Below are positions 56,479 through 64,000 of a stretch of DNA of 64,000 nt, piece after piece. Where the stretch lies: assembly GCA_009694185.1 (NCBI GenBank), contig SHVR01000002.1, positions 1,096-65,095 of the forward strand, given 5' to 3'. Numbering within the stretch: the stretch's first letter is position 1; each line of letters opens with the position of its first letter. The notes beneath the pieces are model-generated. The model saw only the letters and a program-made list of their open reading frames with translations, was not told the DNA's origin and ran no database searches. Source of the stretch: Alphaproteobacteria bacterium. Lineage in GTDB: Bacteria; Pseudomonadota; Alphaproteobacteria; SHVR01. The translations under genes and the position numbers were made by a program.

Positions 56479-57459
56479 ATGGGCAGGCTCATTCTCCCAG
56501 CCGCGACGACGATTGTATGCGGCATCCTCGCCCTGGCCGCGGCGAACGCGCAACAGGTCGATCCCAAGCTCGCGTCCTACCAGACGGTATCGGGTGTCTC
56601 GGGCAATCTGAAGTCGATCGGCTCGGACACGCTGAACAACCTGATGACGCTCTGGGCCGAAGGCTTCCAGCAGCGTTATTCCAACGTCAAGATCGAGATC
56701 GAGGGCAAGGGGTCGTCGACGGCACCACCAGCGTTGATCGCGGGAACGGCGCAATTCGGCCCCATGTCGCGGCCCATGAAGGCGGCGGAGACCGACCAAT
56801 TCGAGAAGAAGTTCGGCTACAAGCCGATGGCCGTCCGGGGTGCCATCGACGCGCTGGCGGTGTTCGTGCACAAGGACAACCCGATCCAGTGCCTGACCTT
56901 GCAACAGGTCGACGCGGTTTTCTCCAAAACCCGTAAGGGTGGCGTCGACAAGGATGTCACGAACTGGAGCCAGCTTGGCCTGACCGAGACCTTCGCCGAC
57001 AAGCCGATCTCGCTCTACGGCCGCAATTCGGCGTCCGGCACCTATGGCTATTTCAAGGAGGTCGCGCTGTTCAATGGCGACTACAAGGATAGCGTCAAGG
57101 AGCAGCCGGGCTCGTCGACCGTGGTCCAAGGTGTGGCATCGGACAAGTTCGCCATCGGCTATTCCGGCATCGGTTACAAGACAGCGGACGTGCGCACCGT
57201 GCCGATCGCCGCCAAAGCCGGCGCCACCTGCCATGATGCGAGCGAGGAGGCGACATATTCCGGCGATTACCCGTTGGCGCGTCTCCTCTACATCTACGTC
57301 AACATCAACCCGAACCAGAAGATCGATCCATTGCGTGGCGAGTTCATCAAGTTCGTCTATTCCAAGCAAGGCCAGGCGGCGACCCTGAAGGACGGGTACT
57401 TCCCGATCACCGCCCCGATCGCCAGCCAGGACCTGAAGGAGCTGGGTCTCGCCAACTGA
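56479..57459 (+). CDS. pstS: Phosphate ABC transporter substrate-binding protein
   Basis: 326-aa ORF with a signal peptide (MGRLILPAATTIVCGILALAAANAQQ). PBP-like blocks GSDTL.NLM and GKGSSTAPPALI are present. It is followed by pstCAB. Confidence 0.9.
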   Translation: MGRLILPAATTIVCGILALAAANAQQVDPKLASYQTVSGVSGNLKSIGSDTLNNLMTLWAEGFQQRYSNVKIEIEGKGSSTAPPALIAGTAQFGPMSRPMKAAETDQFEKKFGYKPMAVRGAIDALAVFVHKDNPIQCLTLQQVDAVFSKTRKGGVDKDVTNWSQLGLTETFADKPISLYGRNSASGTYGYFKEVALFNGDYKDSVKEQPGSSTVVQGVASDKFAIGYSGIGYKTADVRTVPIAAKAGATCHDASEEATYSGDYPLARLLYIYVNINPNQKIDPLRGEFIKFVYSKQGQAATLKDGYFPITAPIASQDLKELGLAN

Positions 57460-57474
57460 GACACGGGTCCAGCG

Positions 57475-60087
57475 ATGACGACCGAACCCCGCAAGTTGAA
57501 ACTCCCAGCCCGGCGCGATCTCCGCACCCGGCGGTCGGTCATCGTGATCGACCGCCTGGCGGACGGGATCATTCGCGTGGGCGGGCTCTGCGTCATCGTC
57601 GCCGTCTTTGCCATCATGCTCTATCTGGCCCAAATGGTCGTGCCGCTGTTTACTGGGGGCGGGGTCACGGCCGAGTTCGCTCGGACCACCTCTGCCGTAC
57701 CCGCCGGCCCGACCATCGTCGACCGCCTCGACGACTATCGCACACTCGCCATCCGGATCGACGACGGGGGTGGCGTCAGCGCCTTCCACCTCGCCACCGG
57801 CACCCCGGTCGAGGTGCCCCAGCTCGATTTCGGCGGCAACCGCGCAACAGCGGTCGCCCGCACCCTCTCGGGCGACGACCTTGCCTTCGGTTTTGCCGAT
57901 GGCACGGTGCGTTTCGCCCGGCTCGACATCAAGGTGGCGATTCTAGCCGAGGACCGGGTACCGGCTGGCCTTGCCCGCCTCGACGCGCGCGATCGGAGCG
58001 ACGGCACGGCCGTCTATTCGAGCCTGCCCGGCGCGCAGGTCCGCCGCCTGTCGGTCGCGGTCGATATTGGGTCACCCGTGACCATCGGCGCGGGCGTCCC
58101 CATCGTTGCCATCGATCTGCGCAAGGGCGGTGCCGCCGAGCGGCCAACCACGGTTTTCGCGACGGTGGACGGCAACGGCATCGCCCGGTTGAGCCAGGCC
58201 GAGACGCGCACCAATCTCCTGACCGGCCAGGCCCGCACCACCACCGGCACCACGGTGCTGCCGGCGCTCCCCCCGAGCCTCTCGATCGTCGCCGTGGCGA
58301 TCACCGACAAGGCCGATCAGTTCTACGCCGCCGACCGGGGCGGCATGGTCTACCGCTTCGACACCCGCGATTTCGCGGCGCCCCGCCTGGTGGAAGCGGT
58401 CCAGCTGGTGCCGTCAGGCGCCACCCTCACGACGTTCGCCTTCCTGAACGGCGAGCAGTCGCTGGTCGTCGGCTCTTCCGCCGGCACGGTCGATGTCTAT
58501 TTTCGGCTACCCCGGGCGGACGCCCGCACCCAGGACGGTTTTGCCCTGGTGCGCGCGCATGCGATGGCGCCGCATGCCGGCCCGGTCACGCTTATGTCGA
58601 TGAGCCAGCGCAGCAAGATGTTGGCCACGGCCGACGCCGGCGGCCATGTCTGGATTCGCCATTCGACCAGCAACCAGACCCTCCTGAAACTGCCGCCGGC
58701 GGCGGGTGAGGGCAGCGCTTATACGGCCCTGATGCTGGCGCCCCGCGACGATGGCGTGCTCGCGGCGGCGGGCGGTCGCTACCATGCATGGGCCGTCGAC
58801 ATTCCCCACCCGGAAACCACCTTGCGGACGATTTTCGGCAAGGTCTGGTACGAGGGCTATGGCGAACCGGTCTACACCTGGCAGTCATCGGCGGGGACCG
58901 ACAGCTTCGAGCCCAAATTCTCGCTGGTGCCGCTGATCTTCGGCACCTTCAAGGCGACGCTTTACTCACTTCTGTTCGCGGTTCCCATCGCGCTGGGTGC
59001 CGCGATCTACACGTCGGAATTCACCCATCACCGGGTGCGCGCCACCGTAAAGCCCGCCATGGAAATGATGGCCTCGCTGCCCTCGGTGGTGTTGGGCTTC
59101 ATCGCCGCGCTCATCCTGGCGCCGTTCGTCGAGACTTGGCTCGCCGCCGTCGTCGCGGCGGCGATCGCCATACCCTTCGGCCTCTTGGCCGCCGCCTATC
59201 TCTGGCAGCTCTTGCCGGCGGAATGGGCGTTGCGCCACGGGGGCGCGCTCAAATTCTTGCTCATGTTCGCCACGATCGGCGCGGCGGTGGGGCTCGCCAT
59301 CCTCTGTGGCCCGCTGGTCGAGTATCTGCTGTTCGCGGGCGACGTGATGGCCTGGGCCAATGGCGACATCGGCGGCGAGGGACCCTTCATGCTGGTGCTG
59401 CTGGCGGTACCGAGCTTTTTCATGGTCGAGGCCGCCTTCACGCGTAGCCTGGGCGACCGCTTTCACGCCCGGCAACGCGGCCTGCCACGCCACCAGGCGG
59501 GCTTGCTCGACATCGGCCGTTGGCTCGCCGTCGCGCTCGCCAGCCTGTTGCTCGCCTATGTCCTCGGCCTGGGACTCGCCGCCATCGGCCTCGGCGCGCG
59601 CGGCGGCATCGTCGACACCTATACCCAGCGCAATACCCTGGTGGTCGGCTTCGCCATGGGTTTCGCCGTCATCCCGATCGTCTATACCATCGCCGAGGAC
59701 GCGCTCTCGGCGGTGCCGGAGCATCTGCGCGCGGCGAGCCTCGCCTGCGGCGCCTCGGCCTGGCAGACGGCCGTCTCGGTCATCTTGCCGACGGCGCTCT
59801 CCGGCGTCTTCGCCGCCGTCATGGTGGGCATGGGCCGGGCCGTCGGCGAGACGATGATCGTGGTCATGGCGGCCGGCAACACACCGCTCATCGAGATGAA
59901 CGTCTTCAACGGGCTCCGGGCGCTTTCGGCCAATATCGCGGTCGAACTGCCCGAGGCGGTGCGCGACGGCACGCTCTATCGCCTGCTGTTCCTGGCGGCA
60001 CTGGTGCTGTTCGCCGTGACCTTCGCGGTCAACACCGTGGCGGAGGTGATCCGCTTGCGTTTTCGACGCCGGGCGGCCCAGCTATGA
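57475..60087 (+). CDS. pstC: Phosphate ABC transporter permease PstC, long form with ~420-aa periplasmic N-terminal domain
   Basis: 870-aa ORF. One TM helix (residues ~36-58) is followed by a long non-membrane domain and then the canonical PstC core (FSLVPLIFGTFKATLYSLLFAVPIALGAAIY...EDALSAVPEHLRAASLACGASAWQT). Confidence 0.9.
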   Translation: MTTEPRKLKLPARRDLRTRRSVIVIDRLADGIIRVGGLCVIVAVFAIMLYLAQMVVPLFTGGGVTAEFARTTSAVPAGPTIVDRLDDYRTLAIRIDDGGGVSAFHLATGTPVEVPQLDFGGNRATAVARTLSGDDLAFGFADGTVRFARLDIKVAILAEDRVPAGLARLDARDRSDGTAVYSSLPGAQVRRLSVAVDIGSPVTIGAGVPIVAIDLRKGGAAERPTTVFATVDGNGIARLSQAETRTNLLTGQARTTTGTTVLPALPPSLSIVAVAITDKADQFYAADRGGMVYRFDTRDFAAPRLVEAVQLVPSGATLTTFAFLNGEQSLVVGSSAGTVDVYFRLPRADARTQDGFALVRAHAMAPHAGPVTLMSMSQRSKMLATADAGGHVWIRHSTSNQTLLKLPPAAGEGSAYTALMLAPRDDGVLAAAGGRYHAWAVDIPHPETTLRTIFGKVWYEGYGEPVYTWQSSAGTDSFEPKFSLVPLIFGTFKATLYSLLFAVPIALGAAIYTSEFTHHRVRATVKPAMEMMASLPSVVLGFIAALILAPFVETWLAAVVAAAIAIPFGLLAAAYLWQLLPAEWALRHGGALKFLLMFATIGAAVGLAILCGPLVEYLLFAGDVMAWANGDIGGEGPFMLVLLAVPSFFMVEAAFTRSLGDRFHARQRGLPRHQAGLLDIGRWLAVALASLLLAYVLGLGLAAIGLGARGGIVDTYTQRNTLVVGFAMGFAVIPIVYTIAEDALSAVPEHLRAASLACGASAWQTAVSVILPTALSGVFAAVMVGMGRAVGETMIVVMAAGNTPLIEMNVFNGLRALSANIAVELPEAVRDGTLYRLLFLAALVLFAVTFAVNTVAEVIRLRFRRRAAQL

Positions 60088-61826
60088 TGGACGGGCGGGC
60101 GACCCTGCGGGTCCCGGCGCCGTCGCGCGCGCCGGCGGCTCGCCCGCGCCACGCCAGCACCGATTTGGCCGCGCTGGGCGAGCCCTATCTTTGGACGCTC
60201 GGCGGCTGCCTAGCACTCGGCATCGCCATGGTCGCGGGGCTCCTGCTGCTGGTGTTCTGGAACGGCGCCCTGACGTTCTGGCCACAGCCGATCGCCGTGC
60301 TGGAGCTGGCGGGTGGCGAGCGGCTGGCTGGGGTCGAGACCCGCGGCGGCACCTATCGCCCGCGGCCCGATGTCGTCGCGGCTCTGCCCCCCACCGCCCA
60401 GGCGGTCGTTGCCCAGAACCGGGGCCTCGTCGAGCGGACCCTCTACCGCACCGGCAATTTCGATCTTTACGGCGACGATTTCCGCTGGGTCTCCTCATTC
60501 CAGATCGCCGGCATCCAGTATCCAACGGACATGCTGTTCGTCGAGCGCCTGGAATGGGGCGTCTTCATCGGCCGGCTTCGGAGCTTTCAGGTCGGCGCGG
60601 GCGAGCCCGTCCAGGCCGCGGTCTCGGATGCCGCGTTTCAGGCGGCCCATGCGGTCGCCCGGGCGCGGGCGCAAAGCATCCGCGCTATCGAGCGCCACGA
60701 GATCGGCCGCATCAACAATACCCTCGAACGCGAACGCCTCGGCGCCCGGCGCGTCGCGTTCGACCATGGCGAGGGGAGTGGCGAGCACCAGGCGGCGCTG
60801 GCCCGCCTCGCATCCCTGACAAGCCGGCTGGAGCAGGACTATGCGGGCCTCGCCCGCGAGGTCGAACGCCTCAAGGCCATGGATGCCCAAGACCGCGCGC
60901 GATTCGCCGATGTGGGCGGACGCGAGAAGGAGATGCCACTTTCCCAGATCGTGCGCCTCTACGCGGCCAACGACCTCAATGCCGTCCAACAGGTTGCCAT
61001 CTACCTGGCGCGCTGGTGGGAGTTCGTGTCCGACGAGCCGCGCGAGGCCAACACCGAGGGCGGCGTGTGGCCGGCGATTTTCGGCACCCTTGCCATGACC
61101 CTGCTGATGGTCGTCGTCGTTGCCCCCTTCGGTGTCGTGACCGCCCTTTATCTCCGTGAATATGCCAAGCAGGGCCGCCTAGTCTCGATCGTGCGCATTT
61201 CGGTCAACAATCTGGCGGGTGTGCCCTCGATCGTCTACGGGGTCTTCGGGCTCGGCTTTTTCGCCTATTTCCTCGGCGGCTCGATCGACCAATTGTTCTT
61301 TCCCGAACGCCTGCCGTCGCCGACATTCGGGACGGGCGGCCTCCTGTGGTCGTCGCTGACGCTGGCACTCCTCACGGTCCCGGTCGTCATCGTGGCGACC
61401 GAAGAGGCGATCGCCGCCGTCCCGCGCTCGATGCGCGAGGGCTCGCTCGCCTGCGGCGCCTCAAAATGGCAGACCATTCGTCACATCGTCCTGCCCCGCG
61501 CCATGCCGGGTATCATGACCGGCATCATCCTGGCGATGGCGCGGGGCGCCAGCGAGGTGGCGCCCTTGATGCTGGTGGGCGTCGTCAAGCTGGCGCCCGA
61601 ACTCCCGATCGATGGCACCTTCCCGTATCTGCATCCGGAGCGGAGCTTCATGCATCTGGGGTTTCACATCTACGACGTGGGTTTCCAGTCGAGAAATTCC
61701 GAGGCCGGTAAGCCGATGGTCTTCGTCACCACCCTGCTTCTGATAACCTTGATCACCGCAATGACCGCCACGGCGATCGTCGTCCGCGCCCGCCTGAGTC
61801 GGAAATTCGCGGGTAGTCAGTTCTAA
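60084..61826 (+). CDS. pstA: Phosphate ABC transporter permease PstA, long form with ~265-aa periplasmic loop
   Basis: ATG 60084 forms an ATGA overlap with the pstC stop, in frame with track ORF 59520..61826, giving 580 aa. A TM helix, a long loop and then the PstA core are present ([11 protein letters not shown]...[32 protein letters not shown]). Confidence 0.9.
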   Translation: MMDGRATLRVPAPSRAPAARPRHASTDLAALGEPYLWTLGGCLALGIAMVAGLLLLVFWNGALTFWPQPIAVLELAGGERLAGVETRGGTYRPRPDVVAALPPTAQAVVAQNRGLVERTLYRTGNFDLYGDDFRWVSSFQIAGIQYPTDMLFVERLEWGVFIGRLRSFQVGAGEPVQAAVSDAAFQAAHAVARARAQSIRAIERHEIGRINNTLERERLGARRVAFDHGEGSGEHQAALARLASLTSRLEQDYAGLAREVERLKAMDAQDRARFADVGGREKEMPLSQIVRLYAANDLNAVQQVAIYLARWWEFVSDEPREANTEGGVWPAIFGTLAMTLLMVVVVAPFGVVTALYLREYAKQGRLVSIVRISVNNLAGVPSIVYGVFGLGFFAYFLGGSIDQLFFPERLPSPTFGTGGLLWSSLTLALLTVPVVIVATEEAIAAVPRSMREGSLACGASKWQTIRHIVLPRAMPGIMTGIILAMARGASEVAPLMLVGVVKLAPELPIDGTFPYLHPERSFMHLGFHIYDVGFQSRNSEAGKPMVFVTTLLLITLITAMTATAIVVRARLSRKFAGSQF

Positions 61827-62668
61827 TGCCGAGGGACGCGCGCATGACCGTCGTCACGAGCCACCGATCGCCGGAGGTGGCCGGCACCGCCTACCACCCA
61901 GCGGCGGGCGGGCACGGCATCGCGGTGGAGATCGACAAGTTCAATCTCTGGTATGGCAAGAGCCAGGCGCTTTTTGACGTGAGCCTGGCGATCGAGAAGC
62001 GCATGGTGACCGCCCTGATCGGCCCCTCGGGTTGCGGCAAGTCGACCCTGCTGCGCGCGCTCAACCGCATGAATGACCTGATCGACGGCGTGAGGATCAC
62101 CGGCAAGATCGCCATAGGCCCGCAAGACATTCTCGATCGCGGCACGGACGTGATTCAACTGCGCAAGCGCATGGGCATGGTGTTCCAGAAGCCGAACCCG
62201 TTTCCCATGTCGATCTTCGACAATGTGGTCTATCCGCTCCGGGTCGACGGCGTCCGGGATCGACGCTTGTTGGTGGAGACCTGCGAGCAGGCGCTCAAGA
62301 GCGCCGCACTCTGGGAAGAAGCGAAGGACCGCCTGTACGAGAGCGCCCTCAGCCTTTCCGGCGGCCAGCAGCAACGGCTCTGCATCGCCCGCGCCATCGC
62401 CGGCAATCCCGAAATATTGCTGATGGACGAGCCTTGCTCGGCCCTCGACCCGATGGCGACCTCGCGCATCGAGGAGCTGATCGACGGATTGAAGGCCGAC
62501 TATACGATCGTCATCGTCACCCACAACATGCAGCAGGCGGCGCGGGTGTCGAACAACACCGCCTTCATGTATCTCGGCCGCCTGATCGAATATGGCGACA
62601 CCGACGGCATCTTCACCAACCCGACCGAGGCGCAAACACTCGCCTATGTGACGGGCCGGTTCGGCTGA
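61826..62668 (+). CDS. pstB: Phosphate ABC transporter ATP-binding protein
   Basis: 280-aa ORF with Walker [10 protein letters not shown], signature LSGGQQQRL and Walker B ILLMDEP. ATG 61826 overlaps the pstA TAA by 1 nt (ATG 61844 is also possible). Confidence 0.95.
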   Translation: MPRDARMTVVTSHRSPEVAGTAYHPAAGGHGIAVEIDKFNLWYGKSQALFDVSLAIEKRMVTALIGPSGCGKSTLLRALNRMNDLIDGVRITGKIAIGPQDILDRGTDVIQLRKRMGMVFQKPNPFPMSIFDNVVYPLRVDGVRDRRLLVETCEQALKSAALWEEAKDRLYESALSLSGGQQQRLCIARAIAGNPEILLMDEPCSALDPMATSRIEELIDGLKADYTIVIVTHNMQQAARVSNNTAFMYLGRLIEYGDTDGIFTNPTEAQTLAYVTGRFG

Positions 62669-62706
62669 GCGGCGACGAAGCGATACCACCGACAGGAGCC
62701 AGGGAG

Positions 62707-63429
62707 ATGCCGGAGCATATCGTCAGGTCGTTCGACGAAGAGCTGGCCAAGGTCAAGGAGCTGATCGCGGCGATGGGCGGCCTCGCCGAGGCGCAGCTCT
62801 CCGATGCCACGGAGGCGCTTGCCCGCCGCGACACGGTACTCGCCGACCGGGTCGTCAAGGCCGACGCCAAGGTCGACGCCATCGAGATCGAGGTCGAGAG
62901 TTTGACCGTTAGCATCATTGCCCGCCGCCAGCCGGTGGCGATCGACCTGCGCGGTCTCGTCTCCGCCATCAAGATCGCGAGCGAAATCGAGCGCATCGCC
63001 GACTATGCGGCCAATATCGCCAAGCGTACCTTCGCCCTGAGCCAGAGCCGCGCCTGGGACGACATCCGCGCCGTCGTGAACATCAGCCGCCTCGCCGAGG
63101 GCATGATTAGGGACGTGCTCGACGCCTATCTCAGGGACGACGTGGCGCTGGCGATCGACGTCTGGCACCGGGACGAGGAAGTGGACGGGCTCTACACCAA
63201 TCTCTTCCGCTCGCTCCTCACCTACATGATGGAGGACGCGCGCAACATCACGGCCTGCACCCATCTGTTGTTCGTCGCCAAGAACCTGGAGCGGATCGGC
63301 GACCACGCCACCAACATCGCCGAGATGGTGCATTATGTGGTGCGCGGCCATCCGCTCGCCGAGAAACGCCCGAAACGCGACACCAGCAGCTTCGAGCTGG
63401 GTACCGCTCTCGGCGACAAGAAAGGATGA
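62707..63429 (+). CDS. phoU: Phosphate signalling complex protein PhoU
   Basis: Track ORF 62434..63429 trimmed to ATG 62707, which has an AGGAG/AGGGAG SD (MPEHIVRSFDEELAKVKELI...), giving 240 aa. Duplicated PhoU repeats with E..ERI.D motifs are present (SEIERIADYA, KNLERIGDHA). Confidence 0.9.
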   Translation: MPEHIVRSFDEELAKVKELIAAMGGLAEAQLSDATEALARRDTVLADRVVKADAKVDAIEIEVESLTVSIIARRQPVAIDLRGLVSAIKIASEIERIADYAANIAKRTFALSQSRAWDDIRAVVNISRLAEGMIRDVLDAYLRDDVALAIDVWHRDEEVDGLYTNLFRSLLTYMMEDARNITACTHLLFVAKNLERIGDHATNIAEMVHYVVRGHPLAEKRPKRDTSSFELGTALGDKKG

Positions 63430-63436
63430 TGCCCGC

Positions 63437-64000
63437 GTGAAACCCCGCATTCTGATCGTCGAGGACGATCCCGCGATCGTGGAACTGCTTCGCTACAATC
63501 TCGACAAGGCGGGGTTCGATCCGGCCGTCGCGGAGGATGGCGACGAGGCCCTGCTGATGGTGGCGGAACATCGGCCCGATTTGATTCTGCTCGACTGGAT
63601 GCTGCCCCGAACATCGGGAATCGAGGTGTGCCGGCGGCTGCGCCGGCAGGCGGAAACCCGCGACCTGCCGGTCATCATGCTGACGGCGCGCGGCGAGGAA
63701 GGCGACAAGGTGCGCGGTCTCGATAATGGCGCCGACGACTACATCACCAAACCCTTCTCGCCGAACGAGCTGATCTCGCGCGTGCACGCGGTCATTCGTC
63801 GTAACCGTCCGGCGCTTGGCGCCACGGAGCTCCGCTTCGCCGATCTGGTCATGGACCTGGTGGCCTACCGGGTCAGCCGCGACGGCCGGCTCGTGCATTT
63901 GGGCCCGACCGAGTTTCGCTTGCTCCGCCGTCTGATGGAACATCCGAGGCGGGTGTTCTCGCGCGAACGCCTGCTCGATTCGGTCTGGGGCCAGGATGGC
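63437..64000 (+). CDS. phoB: Phosphate regulon response regulator PhoB (3' end beyond window)
   Basis: It is not in the track because there is no stop within the window. From GTG 63437 it reads VKPRILIVEDDPAIVELLRYNL...DLILLDWMLPRTSGIEVCRRLR...VIMLTARGEEGDKVRGLDNGADDYITKPFSPNELISRV...LGPTEFRLLRRLMEHPRRVFSRERLLDSVWG. This is a receiver domain plus an OmpR-type winged helix. Confidence 0.88.
   Translation, partial: MKPRILIVEDDPAIVELLRYNLDKAGFDPAVAEDGDEALLMVAEHRPDLILLDWMLPRTSGIEVCRRLRRQAETRDLPVIMLTARGEEGDKVRGLDNGADDYITKPFSPNELISRVHAVIRRNRPALGATELRFADLVMDLVAYRVSRDGRLVHLGPTEFRLLRRLMEHPRRVFSRERLLDSVWGQDG

Noticed and set aside
1-64000. Looked for mobile elements, prophage or defence-system genes, tRNA/rRNA/tmRNA, and integration scars flanking the accessory left 15 kb.
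   Set aside because: I recognised no transposase, integrase, recombinase, restriction, toxin-antitoxin or Cas-like product, no tRNA-like cloverleaf candidates in the intergenic regions examined, and no flanking direct repeats. The accessory status of 1..15 kb rests on gene content only. Codon or GC-skew statistics were not computed.

Overview
GC-rich (roughly two-thirds G+C by eye, not computed), gene-dense chromosomal segment. Gene content and synteny look alphaproteobacterial: ros/mucR regulator, olsB-olsA, a YlxR-L7Ae fusion inside rimP-nusA-infB, glnD-murJ-trpS, and phoR-pstSCAB-phoU-phoB. I call 58 protein-coding genes (44 minus strand, 14 plus strand), two intrinsic terminators, one Pho-box promoter, two repeat features and one AT-rich island. 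I found no rRNA, tRNA, CRISPR array, transposase, integrase or phage gene. From 15 to 64 kb the window is mostly housekeeping: pnp-rpsO-truB-rbfA-infB-nusA-rimP, trmB, metK, lnt-corC-ybeY-phoH-miaB, rimI-tsaB, trpS, murJ, glnD, mutS, maeB and the pst/pho locus. The left 15 kb is the accessory part. It holds (i) a tightly packed minus-strand operon of at least nine genes joining F420 tail-assembly genes (cofD, cofE) and an NADPH:F420 reductase to PrpB-like and PrpD-like enzymes, a 2OG-Fe(II) oxygenase and three tandem luciferase-like (LLM) oxidoreductase paralogs, and (ii) a divergent paaABCDE oxygenase cluster with a convergent NMO-like/paaI/paaK operon. The F420-linked operon is my best candidate for an undescribed system. 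Other points worth a second look are listed here. A Tat-less Mo/FeS/anchor trio has SoeABC (cytoplasmic sulfite dehydrogenase) architecture and is chained to TauE/SafE, an Alph_Pro_TM-type protein and a USP. A canonical Pho box plus -10 element lies inside the last codons of phoR. PstC and PstA are long forms with large periplasmic domains. A nested GC-rich palindrome sits in frame inside mutS. A ~120-bp AT-rich island lies between mutS and glnD. Three tandem 23-24 nt repeats lie upstream of metK. The ORF track reports longest ORFs and accepts GTG/TTG starts. Several genes were therefore trimmed at the 5' end, and many long ORFs are GC-driven shadow ORFs antisense to real genes. All family calls rest on motif and sequence recognition by eye; no searches were run.
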